In this document: positions 1 to 12,149 of the stretch, one piece after another
Layout: every line of letters starts with the position of its first letter
How positions within the stretch are numbered: the stretch's first letter is position 1
Origin: Phoronis australis
Taxonomy: Eukaryota > Animalia > Phoronida
DNA: 64,000 nucleotides
NCBI GenBank assembly: GCA_002633005.1
Contig: NMRA01000185.1
Span: forward strand, 341,921 to 405,920
Direction: 5' to 3'
Program-made: the position numbers and the translations under genes
Notes under the pieces: generated by a model
Databases searched by the model: none
What the model was told of the DNA's origin: nothing
What the model saw: the letters and a program-made list of their open reading frames with translations, nothing else

Positions 1-2718
1 ATGGGGCCAAGTCTTGTGAAGAGCTGATGATGGTCCTTCAACAACCCTGTCTCAAGGAGATGTTGGCATATTTCTTCGTAGCAGGTCACCATAATTGTGT
101 ACGGTACCTCCACTGGTGTAACAGTTTTCAAAATAAACCAAACAACGCGGAAATTCTTTTCGACTTGAATACGATAGCGCCTCCATGTACGTTTTAATTT
201 TCATAATTTGCACGTAACTCCATTCATAAATAAACAATAAACGGCTACGCGCAATAATGTCAACTTAAACTACGATAAAGGGTTCGACAAACGTACGATA
301 AGTGTTCGACTAAGGTGCCAGACACTTCTGGAAAGAAGTTTTTACCAAGTTTAGCCACTTGACATAATTCTTTCGAACTTTATATTGAAGTTTGCACTGT
401 GTGGAGCACCTGTCCAATAATGTCAAAAAGTTCTACTCAAACCTGTACACAGCTGTCAACGCTTGGATGACAAGACTGTAGTACCAGCCGACCAATTCGA
501 AGAACAGGCATACTGTATATCAAACGAGTAAAAGGTTCAGGGGCATTTTAATGAGAGCCGAGCAGTAAAGCAGTCATGTGGTTAGAGAGTTTCAGTGGTT
601 GTGCCGACCTTGATGCTGTTGTGGAGAACATAAGTCATGTGGAATGAAAGTGGTGAAGAGCAAAGGTCACGTAGTGGAGTGACAGGAAAAGACTAAGTAC
701 AAGATGGGAGTAGTGGACGTGGACGAGGATGACTAGAGAAAGACTGCGGAGGAAATAGAGAAGCACAGACACCTGCTCACTGACCTGCAGTCATATCTCC
801 TTAACATCTGCAATCGCTGGGTAGATACCAGAACGAGCTGGTCATTGGGCATGAGCAGAGCAGTCAGATTTTTAGTTTTGGTAAGCAGTGAATGTTACAA
901 AGCCATTTAGAAAAAGTTAAAATGCTGGAGTTGCTGAAGAAGCCTGCACTGTCGAGGGAAGGCCACGGCGTTGAGAGGCAGTTCAATTGCCCTAAGACAG
1001 CAATGTAACATTAACATAGCTGATATCTTTCAGTATGAACTTATTGAGTCCACTCCCTACACCCCAGATCGACAAATACGGCAGTCTGGGGAAGGGTGAA
1101 AACGGCATTTTGGTCATATCTCTTCGCGTTATGTCCCAAATCATTCTGCTGTAGAGGTGGTGTTGGTTGCTGTTGTCTAGCTTTTGTAGCAGGTCGCTTG
1201 GAGTGTTTCCAGAACTACAGGAGATTTAGGTAAAGCCTCGGCACTCTACTAGCCCCCTATCCTCCAGCTTGTGAAACAATTATTAGGTTTGAAAAACCTA
1301 ACCAAAGAGATCCCTACATATAGAACCATGAGGCGATAACGTGAGCAAATGTTGAGGAAGTCATGCTAACCCCTGTTCCCAAACACCCCCTTTGCCGCTA
1401 AACTGTTCTAAATAACGCCATATCAAACAACTTTCTATGTGTATCAAGCTATTCCCTTCTATTCTATAATAACACATGGTGAAGCAGAAGTCAAATGCTA
1501 AAAGTGGTGGAAGAAGGCACCCACACCATCAGAAACACTTGTGACAACACTGACGTCTCCGAGCTCTTGATTTATGGGACGTCAAATATGCCAGTAGACG
1601 CCAAGACTCAAATGGAGAAGTGGAATAGCAGTGTTTCGGACATAATGGAACATTTCAGAGATTTGACCTGAACAAGTGCCGCCAACATGAGAGGTCACAA
1701 GACGTGAGGGTACTGGACAGAGACTAGTTCTTGGTTTGAAAGAGCTGTCAGAGACTCCAATAACCCCTCTCTGAGTAGACAAGGAGGTGTCAAGTTGAAC
1801 TTATCGCAGTCAGTGACGCGTGGTCCATTGCCTTGAAGCCGTTCTCTATGAACACCGACGCATGGGGGGGAGGTGAAATTTTCTCGAGAATCAGTGAGTC
1901 ATCAATTCCCACTAGAAGAAGCCAGGCGGCTCCGCAAAGTCGGGAAATTTACATTATTTTATAGTTCCAGAAGTCATAGTTTATTAGTTTTCCCTCGATT
2001 AATAATAGTGCCCATCCCAGTCTATGCATATGTACCCTGCACGGATTACGCGTAATCTATACACATACCCCTATTCACTACGAAGAGCAGTTTGGCATAG
2101 TGTCCTTCCTCTACTCAAGGTTGTGTTTTCAAGTCACACAGGGCACACTGCTTGTCACTTGATTCAAGTCCCTGGATCCTCAGCTCTGTTTCAACTAATA
2201 AAGCATAAAGATGGTCCAAGGTGATCAGTGCGATGGGCCTTCCTGAGCAGCATGCATAGGTCTGGTACAACAATATTTTAAACTAGTTTTGGAGATGTTG
2301 GGAGGATATCTTATACCAGTATGTAGCTATGCCTTATTCTTGATATAATGGAATCACAGAAATGATAATTCCACTTTTCCCATAAATTTACATTTCGTCG
2401 CGCAAAAGAGATGAATTTTCCTCGTTTCAGTTCAACGTGACCTTTGACCTCTCATTTGACCTTGACTTTGACCTTGCATCCATTAAATATTGTCAGAAAT
2501 GGACTCTCCATCCCAAAAAACATTGGAAACCATGAATTGCAGGATCCTACATAGTATCATATTCAGAGTGTGGAAATTAGGCGAAATTATAAAAAAGCTC
2601 AAAGTTGCACAAAGTGTAGCCAAGTTAATTTTATTCTCCTAACCACATATAACAAACTTCCAAAAGAAAACTTTGCAGTAAACAACATTGCATTGTCAAC
2701 TTTTTGGCAACCAGACTA
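1..2718 (+). mobile_element. Decayed DNA transposon, probably Academ-type (transposase/XPG-like relic plus right terminus)
   Basis: Broken plus-strand peptides LQQPCLKEMLAYFFVAGHHNCVRYLHW (36-116), ADIFQYEL (~1019-1042), HGEAEVKC (~1475-1498) and NTDV (~1546-1557), with many stops and frameshifts. Candidate terminus ...ggcaaccagacta at 2718. Family assignment is from motif recall only. Confidence 0.4.
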
Positions 2719-3727
2719 CTCCTATTCTTTTGGTTTATATCCATTTCACCAAGTACTAGTGAAAAGCCCTCCGGTGGACCTTCAGCTGAATAAAACAACA
2801 AAATCCATAGTGTTGCTTGTCATTTTATTACAAATCGCTAATTCTCTACCCTGGGTAGAGTTTTATAGACTCGACAATCTCGCTAAGGAAGTTAGTGTGA
2901 CCAGGTGCTTTGCTTGCAATGCATAATGGCGACATCTGGCGAAATCTTGAGAGTTCTTGCTGTTCTGGTGCTTCCTTTATATGTAATTTTACCACGTCGT
3001 CGGGATTTTCTGAGTCGGTGTTTTCAAGACAACTGTCGCAGTGATTGATCACTACCTTAGGATTTTAAAGAGACCATTGTAATACAAAATTCAAACTATG
3101 AGAAAAATACTAAACCCTTGATTTTTGTTTGAGTTAAAATTCGACTTGTTATCACAACAGCTACTGCGATTTTTCCAAATTTGCTGCTGAAATAGCTTTT
3201 GGGTAACGACTGTTTTTTTTTTCAAAACCGGATTTCCGTTTCACTCCCCGATGGGAACATGTGGTAAATTATTTTGATGCTCTTTATAGCATCCATCTAG
3301 GTGACATTTTCACAATATCTGTTAATGGCGTCTTCGCTAATGACTTCCTAACCAAAATTTCAAAAGCTTTTAATGTAAATTCAAAACGATTTTGGTCATA
3401 CCACCTTTTTGTGCGGGTTCAAAAAATGTCGATTTCCACTGCAGTGTTATTTGGCTGTTCTTGGTGAGTCGTGTGAAGACTTGAAATAAACACTTTTTCG
3501 CAAGAATTGACGTCACGGAGAATCTCTGAGCAACAGCATGTTTTCCGACATTTATCTGTTACCCACCTGCAACTTGAACAATGACTGTTCACACAAGTTG
3601 TTTCTAAAAATTTGACCCTCCTGTAACGTTTCGGCAAAAATGTATCACAACATGCAATTTTGCCCATCTTTTGAAAAAATATCTACATTAGTTGACACGT
3701 TATTGGAGACCCAAAGACTGAGCGACA

Positions 3728-4128
3728 CCAGGGTCCGGTCTCTAATCTTTGTACTCGAAACGAACTCGAAATTTTTGGCAATTTCTCTGCTCCTTTTGTG
3801 CGAACTCAAGATAAGTGGTTATCAGAGTGTGTTCGAATGCATTATAGTTTATGCATACGAGTTTCTAGTCCAAGTTCGCCCTTGAAGACCCTGATATTCG
3901 TGCCACAAACTCGAGTAAAAACTTGAAATTTCGGCTTCAAACTCGAACTTTTAGCTTGTTGGGTTTATCAACTACAAACTAGGACTAATAAATTATCCAC
4001 TTAAATCACCATGTACTCGAGCACAGAATAATAGACATTTGCCTTGAGTTCGCACAAAAATAGAGAAGAAAATGCCAAACATAATTTCGGGTTCCATTTC
4101 GAGTAAAAAGATTAGAACCCGGGCGCGG
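3728..4128. mobile_element. MITE with long imperfect TIRs
   Basis: Left tctaatctttgtactcgaaacgaactcgaaat..gtgcgaactcaag mirrors right cttgagttcgcac..atttcgagtaaaaagattaga. A related partial copy lies at ~15195-15482. Confidence 0.65.
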
Positions 4129-4731
4129 GAGGCTGTTTCGTGAAAAATGCCTTAAAGCTTACGTCAGGAATTGGTCTTACCTTCACGCAACTATTTCTGA
4201 AAATTAATAAAATCTCACTTAAGCAAAACGCAACGTCTCCTAGATTATTCAAATTACTGATAGTCACAGACATACTGTCTGTAAATTATGCCTAGAGTCT
4301 GGTGCGTTCATAATTAAGCCTACTTAGCTAAACCCTTTTTCTGCAATTGTGAACTGGGAGTGTAAGACCAAATCTCTGTCTTCAGTTTTACTTATTTTTA
4401 TGATACAGACCTCAGGACCCAGCCGACCATCCTATCAAATTCATGTTCATGTTACGTTTGGGTTATGTACATAACTGTTCCGAATTTGGTTTAAATATGC
4501 TTCAACCCTGAGACCCCCCATGTACGCCCACGGGCAAGAAATTTTCCGAATGCAAACACATAGGCTAACGTTTTGGAATGGAATTTTTTAGTCCAGGCGA
4601 AATGAAGTCTCAGCGTGCGACAGATCAAAAAATCTTCGTGAGAAACAGTTTGTTTATGTCACAAGTCTGATTTATCAACAATTGTGTTTTTATGCATCTT
4701 TCGTTTGTATTCCCCCGTTTCCGATCGAAAC

Positions 4732-4793
4732 TATTTATGTTAAGTATTTATGTTAAGTATTTATTTTAAGTATTTATGTTAAGTATTTATGTT
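4732..4793. repeat. 13-bp minisatellite (tatttatgttaag) x~4.7
   Basis: Directly visible tandem copies. Confidence 0.9.
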
Positions 4794-5532
4794 CGGGCTT
4801 ACTTTTGAGATACTGGACAGGAAAAATGGACATGAAACTTTTTTCGACAGTCTGCCAACAGAGTCCACACAAACGTCCTCAAATCGCTGCTGTCTTGTAC
4901 TTGATCCTCAACCACTTTCTAATGAAGTATGCAGATAGTTATTTGATTTGCGTATTTGTTGATTTATTTATCCACTTTGACAATTTGTCTATCGTTATTT
5001 TATAGTCGGAGAAAGGAAGCCGTCGTTCTAGGTCATTGTTTTTAACCTGACTTATAATAAAATTGACTCGCCATGACCTGCGTAGCTACACGTCCAAAAC
5101 TCCACGCTAGACTATTCTTATGTAAAGTAGAATGTACACAAACTCCTACAATAATTGGACAAACAACTTGAAAACAAAAATGTAATTTGAAGCACGGTTT
5201 ACAGTGTCAGATTTTTATACACTTCAACAATAATTTTATTGAGCGGCGGTGTGTTCAATGGCACGAAAATATCCAGCTACGGGCTGAGCTGTGTGTCTCG
5301 AGTGAAATTTACCTCACGCCTTCATTGCAGTGCGCGAGGTTACAACAAGTGAGCTAGAGAGATGTTGTTTGTAGGTGAGGAAATACTCAATTTTTATTAG
5401 CTTCCCGAGGCAAAATGTTCACGATTTATTTTGCCGCAGACGTGAATTCATTTACATATGATTTGCGTAACTCTCCGTTTGAAACTTATTAGTCAATGAA
5501 GGATAATCAGGAAGTAGTTGTGACTGACTTAA

Positions 5533-5773
5533 TGACAATAATGAAAAAATAATTGCATGTCTTTTATCACACGTGTACTTGTCGGGCATGTAGGCCCATT
5601 TCCCTGACCACTTGTTACCAGTTTTTTTTTCCTTTATGAGTATATAGTTAAAACCGAGCTGAGGAGCTAGAAACCTGACTCAAGGGTCTAACAGTGTGGT
5701 CCAATGAGACACGAATTAAACCACGACCTCGAGTAAAGAAAGCGGGCACCCATCATACTAGGCCACATTGCCC
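5533..5773 (-). mobile_element. tRNA-derived SINE with 14-bp TSD
   Basis: Minus-strand head gggcaatgTGGCCTAGTATGatgg... with a degenerate B box. TSD tgtgactgacttaa at 5519-5532 and 5774-5787. Homologous to 9668-9856. Confidence 0.78.
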
Positions 5774-8173
5774 TGTGACTGACTTAACGAGACATTTAGT
5801 AGTCGTCATTGCGTACGTTTGTGAAAACAAAATCTGAGGACTTCTTGGCCAAATTTAAATTTTTTTATCTCATCTTCGAGTTCGAATGTGTTTCGGACAG
5901 TGGAATTTCTGTTTTAATTGATAATATATGGGTCATTTATAGTATATGGGTCATTTATAATATATGGGCCATTTTTAATTTCTGCTCCACTAAACGAGAC
6001 AATCCATTTGAACGTCAAGTGAGTTTCCTCAGTGGAAAGAGAACATATTTTTACGATGACTACGTATTATTCAAATAACTGGGACTACGTCTAAACAAGT
6101 TTGAATCGCCCCTCAGGGGGCAACTATTGGCGCGTACCAGAAGAAACTGGAAAAACGCGAAAAAAAAACGCCAATGCTTGGAAAAGGATGAAGTGGAGAC
6201 TTAATACCCACAACACACACCAGAAATTTATTTTCGCGTTACAACTGAAAATAAATCGAATTTTGACAAGTTAGTGGAAATGTTAATGTGACGAAGTGTG
6301 CGATTTGGGGATCACAAAGAGTATGCGAGGTTTTTAGTTCCTTAAAAATGATGATATTTCCATCATGTTTATAATGAACGTATTCTCGGGAAAAAGGGAT
6401 TTTTTAAACTCTTTCAATAAACAATACAAACAAACCACGTTTGTGAGATATTTTGTAATGAAAACTATTTTCTGATTTACGTGACTTTACAGTCATTAAG
6501 TTATGATTTTTGGAATATTAGTCTTACAAATTTTAGTCAATTTTTATTACTAAAGCTATTATATAACTAATTTAACCAACTTTCCTATTTATAGGAACGA
6601 ATTTAAGGGTAACATGTACTTTTTTCGGTGACTTGGGGTGACTTTGGCGAAGCGGGCATAAAGGATCGACTCAGAGAAACAAAACTTCTGAAAAAAGTAG
6701 AAAACGAGACAAAAGTCCACTAAACAGAAAGAAACTACCAAAATTCAGCGAACGCACAATTCATAGCTCTGAACGTACCCCGTGAATCATGGTAAACGGT
6801 CTATATTCTCAAAGGTTTGGAGCCCCTTCATTTTTAGGCCGGGTGCGCCCATGTGACTGCCTAAAATGAAGTATCAGACTTGTCGTGTTGTGCAGCAGAT
6901 AATAAAAATAATGTAGTCGTTTCGTAGATTTGGCGCAGAAGGGCTATATACTAGTAAACAGGCAGTGCATTAAAACAGACATAGGACAAAATTGTGCACG
7001 GCGTTATCTGAAATAAATGAAGGAATAGAAGTGTTTGTGAAATCGTAAAAGCAAATTGGAACTTTCCTCTAAAGAATTCAGTCACTAGGAGAGCACCAAA
7101 CGTCATTTTTGGAACTCACAGAATGAGTGCATCGCTCTTGTCTACAAGGTACTCTCTGTCTTCAAGCAAAACTTCTCATCTGAAAAGTTACGACTTACCA
7201 ATGCTGTGCTTTGCAAACGTGTTTTTCCAGCATCCTTTCACTCCCGCATCTTGATTCAACCCACGCTTCCTTGTTTGAACATTACGCGTGTGGAGACAGA
7301 CTGGAGGATGACTGGTGGCTGTTCGCGAGAAGAATTCGGGAACGTTTACGGGCAGCATGTCATTAGCGACGGCGCTAAACAAGCTTTGAGATCTCTATTT
7401 TAAACTAGCCAAATGAAATTCTAAGCAATGTGTTCACCCACTCTCTCTTCAGGCAAGCAATTTCTCTTAAAATATTTATTAATCAAGACAAATGTCAACA
7501 CCAAACTCAATCAAATACGTTGTTCGTGTTATTCCCTAATGCCTGTATCTGACTTTGGGAAAAAGACTTTGGTAATGAGGAAATGATCAAATATCAATAA
7601 AATTCCTATTTATATCAAAAGTCGCCGCTAACGTGACGTGAAAAGGACGTAAGAAAATAATTTCATACATAAAATCGCAAATCTGGTCGTTTGTATATTG
7701 AGAATACTTACCCGAGTTTTAAAGCTTTCCCATCATGTGCATAATAATATATTCATTGCAAACACACTGGAGCATATCATTAATATGGCAATCAAAATTT
7801 TATTCACAATTATGGACCTCAAATAGCATGCCTCATCACAATAACGGCATTTCAATAAATTTGTAAAAATACAGTAGATTTACTTTCCGTTGTAACAGGA
7901 AATAAATGTGCCTTTTGAATTATCAAAAATCGTGTCTCTAACTCATTCCATTCCAAAGGTACGAGGTTTTCGTTTAAAATTGTGGTTTTTGTGCTTTTCC
8001 GTTTCTATAAAAACGCACACCTAGCGGAAAAGTTGGGCCAAAAATGTTGCGGCGTCAAGCGTTTCCTGAGGCTGTATCGAGAGATATCTCCAAGTAACCG
8101 CCAATATTTTTCACTCAGGAAAAAATAATCAAATCGAAAACTTAAGTACTTTTTCTGGTTCCCAAACAAAGAC

Positions 8174-8174
8174 T

Positions 8175-8224
<50 letters not shown>
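8174..8224. repeat. (TG)n microsatellite
   Basis: About 25 TG units. Confidence 0.97.
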
Positions 8225-8228
<4 letters not shown>

Positions 8229-8678
8229 AAGGAACGTAAAAGCCCGTAAAAATATCTTTCAAACAATTCCTGACGAAAGTGCCATGTCGCAATGTCTAGT
8301 ACAGGGTAATTCATTTTTCCCTGGGAGGAAATTTCCAGAAAAAATCTCAAAATTCACGGTTTTGGAAACACGCGCGAAGGAAAACTATGTGGTAACCACA
8401 GAGTTTCTAATCTCTTTCCCACTTATGATAAATGCGCGCGTGCGCTCACAGTCAGTTTGAAGTCGCTTGAGGTCAAAGGTCATATTTTCCATATAAGTTA
8501 AATGTGCTACGCCTGTCTTGCCATACCAAATAAGGAGACGTGCTTTGCCTTGTGGGAGAAAAATCGACGAAGTGGAGAGCAGTTGACAGATGTTTTTTTT
8601 TTAAATTTGAAACTAAAAGAAAATGCTTTGATATCAACAGAAATTAAAAATCTTTACAAACAACACATGTTTTAAAAC
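8229..8678 (+). mobile_element. Interspersed repeat family A, copy 1 (non-autonomous DNA transposon, possibly Kolobok/TTAA type)
   Basis: Colinear with 14594-15135 and with the reverse complements of 22803-23185 and 29130-29828; contains AGGTCAAAGGTCA at 8470-8482. Confidence 0.75.
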
Positions 8679-8759
8679 AAGTTATAAAGAAGTCAATGGT
8701 ACCTACAGGGTAGTCCCAAAGAAATCGGTCCCATATTTCCCTTTTGAATAACTTGTGAT

Positions 8760-9650
8760 TTGGCTGCGGGGTTTCAGTTTCAACCGATTTCTCCCATTAA
8801 TATTATAGAAGTAATCAATTCCTTTCCACCTAATTCTACCTACGGTCATGATGGCACATTCATGAAAATAACAAAATATCTAAGTAATATACTAATTAAG
8901 CAGTCTATTTCGAAAGAATTTCCGAGACAATATCAAAATTGTCAAGATTCTTCTTGTATATTAAAAATGATCTGTTCTTGTTAGATAATCCCAACATGTT
9001 TTCCAAGATTTGAAAAAGTCATTTACAATCGGCTGTACGATCATTTGAAAATTAATTGTTTGCTGTATACCTCCCAGTATGTTTTCCGTGGGTGGCATTC
9101 TACACAATTGGCCCTAATTGAAATCACGTATTGAATTGTCGAGGTTATACCTTCGGTTACCTTAATTGATCTTTCTAAAGCATTTGACTCCATAAGTCGT
9201 CCTATTCTAATTGATAAGATGAAATGTCTTTGGTTTTTGAGCAGCCATCTTTCGAACCATTCTCGGTATGTTTAGATAAACAACATTAAGTTTAACACAG
9301 TTCCAATTCTGCGGGGTGTCCCTCAGGGATCTGCACTGGGTACATTAGTTTCATAATTTATATGAACCGTATTGCTGACGATACAACTATTATTATTGGC
9401 ATTTATAGCTCATTATCTGATCATAAATCTCTTGCTATTTCTCGTTAGCTTAATAGAGAAATCGCTTCCTGGTTCAATGTAAATGGACTGGTTTTGAACA
9501 CAGCACAGGCAAAGTAAATGTTTTTCCTCAACCAACTAAATGTTAAGATGACTTTTAGTTTACGTTTAATAACTTGTGCATTGAAAGACACAGTTGTTTT
9601 AATTTACTTAGTATGTCTATTCTTGATAATAAAAAATATTTGCAAGAGGT
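8760..9650 (+). mobile_element. Decayed non-LTR retrotransposon RT fragment (L2/CR1-like)
   Basis: Broken peptides STYGHDG, SQYVFRGWHSTQLALIE, LIDLSKAFDSI, GVPQGSALG and ADDTT. Confidence 0.8.
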
Positions 9651-9667
9651 CTGATTCACATTGTCCC

Positions 9668-9856
9668 AGACGTACGCAGGCCGCGGATGTGGGCCCCTTG
9701 CACTGATCACCTGGAGCCATTTTATGCTTTATAGTTAAAACCGAGCTGAGGAGCTAGAAACCTGACAAAGGGTTTTGCAGTGCAACCTAGTGAGACTCGA
9801 ACCCACGACCTCGAGTAAAGAAAGTGAGCACTCACCACACTAGGCCCCACTGCCTC
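9668..9856 (-). mobile_element. tRNA-derived SINE, second copy
   Basis: A box GGGCCTAGTGTGG and B box GGTTCGAGTCT on the minus strand; shares tatagttaaaaccgagctgaggagctagaaacctgac with the first copy. Confidence 0.78.
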
Positions 9857-11167
9857 CTCTGTTCATGATAATCTTCACATACTGATTTAAAATCGAAAAT
9901 TGTGTTAGTTGAAAAATGACCGAGAGTGACTGTTTCCTTTACCACTGTACCTTTTGGTCTGTTTGCAAGCTAGTTACAGCATGCGCTGACGGAAGCCGTT
10001 GCAGCAATTGCCGGGTATTTGCATCACTTTCGCGATATGGTGATGAAAAAATGCACTTGCCGATCTAGAACGGTTTTGTCCAATTTGTTTTTGCCTGTGA
10101 CTGAAATTTGATGTACGTTCACGATGAATCAGGGTACTTATCGTTGACAGTTCGAGGTGCGACACATTCACTATTTCAACTTACAACGCGTCATAGGAAA
10201 AGAAATACCAAAAATTTGGACAAAGGAAATTGAATTTGTATAAAGGGAATCAAAATGTGAATGAAAAGCGATTTTACACTCAGGTGGCGTGAACGTGTTT
10301 TCAGGGACAACATGGCCGGTGTCACGGGAAAAACGATTCCCTGGGAAATAAGTTTCCACGTAATTAGAACTTGCCTGAAGCACTCGTGGCGGAATACAGT
10401 CACCACGTTGCATTATAAAACAAATACACTAGAGAGGAAATGATACTGTTTTTAAGATCAGAACTTTAAGCAAATCTAATACGCTAACGAGATTTGTAAG
10501 CAAGTGGGTGAGAAAGCGTGCACCGTTTACCCCCGGAGTTTCTAGCGAGGACCTGGGCACATCAAAGCTTTGATGGGACCGTCACATACTGAAGGGAACT
10601 ACTTGCTATTCACGGACTTGGCTGAACCATAGACCTCTAGCTCCAGAATGCCAACTCCCGCGCGTGACCTATGCACGCTTTATTAGAGCTTGCAACCTCG
10701 AGACTAGCCGCGAGAATTTGCACTGAGAATTTCCAGCCTGCTCGGCCTGCTTCATCGAGGTTGTGGGTATCAAATCGAGCCTAGTTTCATTGCTTCAGTT
10801 GCATTTTATTTTTATTGTTCATCGAGCGTGACTCTTGATGTGCGGCTTGATACAATTAGCGATTTCTCGGCAAAACTAATCAACAAACCCGACAATTACA
10901 CAGGACATTTTTAGAAGCACCGACCTGTGGCCCTGGGTGGATGACGGGAGTAGTTTGGCGTCTGATATCTTTTCAGCTCCACTCCTAGAGTGACTGATTC
11001 GACAACCTATCATAGTACATGCCAGAAGTTTTTCAACAAGACATTTTGGTGTTAAATTCATGTTGCGATATTTAACGGTAAGAAGTAACATTTTGCCTAA
11101 ATGAAAAGTTTAGGCCCATGTGTGTTTACGTAACTTTCGAAATTTTGCTCATAATTTCTCAAGTAAA

Positions 11168-11231
11168 TGTGTGTTTGTGTTTGTGTGGGGGGTGCGTGCG
11201 TGCGTGCGTGCGTGTGTGCGTGCGTGTGTGT
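11168..11231. repeat. (TG)n/(TGCG)n compound microsatellite
   Basis: Directly visible. Confidence 0.9.
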
Positions 11232-12149
11232 ACTACTGTTTTCAGTTTTTTCTATAATTCATTTGTGCAATGTTTACGTGTTGCCCAGATGCTGTTTTTT
11301 ATTAATTCAATTTCTGAGAAGTAGGCCTATTGTTATCTGTAGTATTTATCTGCACCCGAGACATAAATTTTAAAAAAATTAAAGTTCATTTGGCAAAAGA
11401 ACCCACTCCAGTACTTCATGTTGCTGACAGCAAACAGTGTATTTGCCAATTGCCCCGCTCTTGGTGGACTGTCCCACTTTTATTTTTTTCTTCCACTCCT
11501 CCACACAGTCTAAATGACCCGCTTTTTGACACACGAATTGTCAAGTTATCATATATAATATTAAAATTTCCTAGGCGACGAAGCCATATTTTCCGCTCGA
11601 CTAAAAAGAAAAACACGGACGTTTCATGAGTTTTTGCGGTACCCGCAACTTCCCATTGAACTATAAACATCAACAAAAAACTCTGCCGAGCATTTTTTGG
11701 TGTTACATCTCCCGTTCGACAAAATACGCTGTATAAGAGAAATTAGCGAATAGATTTTCTTCAGCAGGTAAGCAGCGAGCATTAATTTGTGAATCGGTAA
11801 TGACGGGTTATTGACAGTTTGGTCACAATCGCATCATTAGTGAATGTCTCCCTTTCACCACAAGATGCTTTTCCTTTAATTCTGTACTTGTTTCCAACAA
11901 CCTTATTCAGCTGACAAACGAAGCAACAAGGATAACAAACTACTCTTGAAAGTCGTGCCTATGACCTTTGCATACCCAATGATCTCGAACCCGTATCGTT
12001 TGTTGAAATGGCTCCCCCAGTCGGCAATTGTGAGCATCATGTCATCTTCACAACGTTATAGAACAGTTGCACTTATCTTTGGTTCAGAAAAACAATGGCT
12101 TTACAATCAAGCAAACCTAACTGGCCTCCCAGACGAGGTCAAAAATGCA

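Noticed and set aside
5659-5685. CTGAGGA...GAAAC in both SINE copies, resembling a hammerhead core
   Set aside because: Only 4 nt separate the boxes (no stem II), there is no NUH site with stem I, and it is antisense to the SINE.
8005-8460. ORFs with HT/CV dipeptide runs (also 11118-11373)
   Set aside because: They are translations of (TG)n microsatellites.
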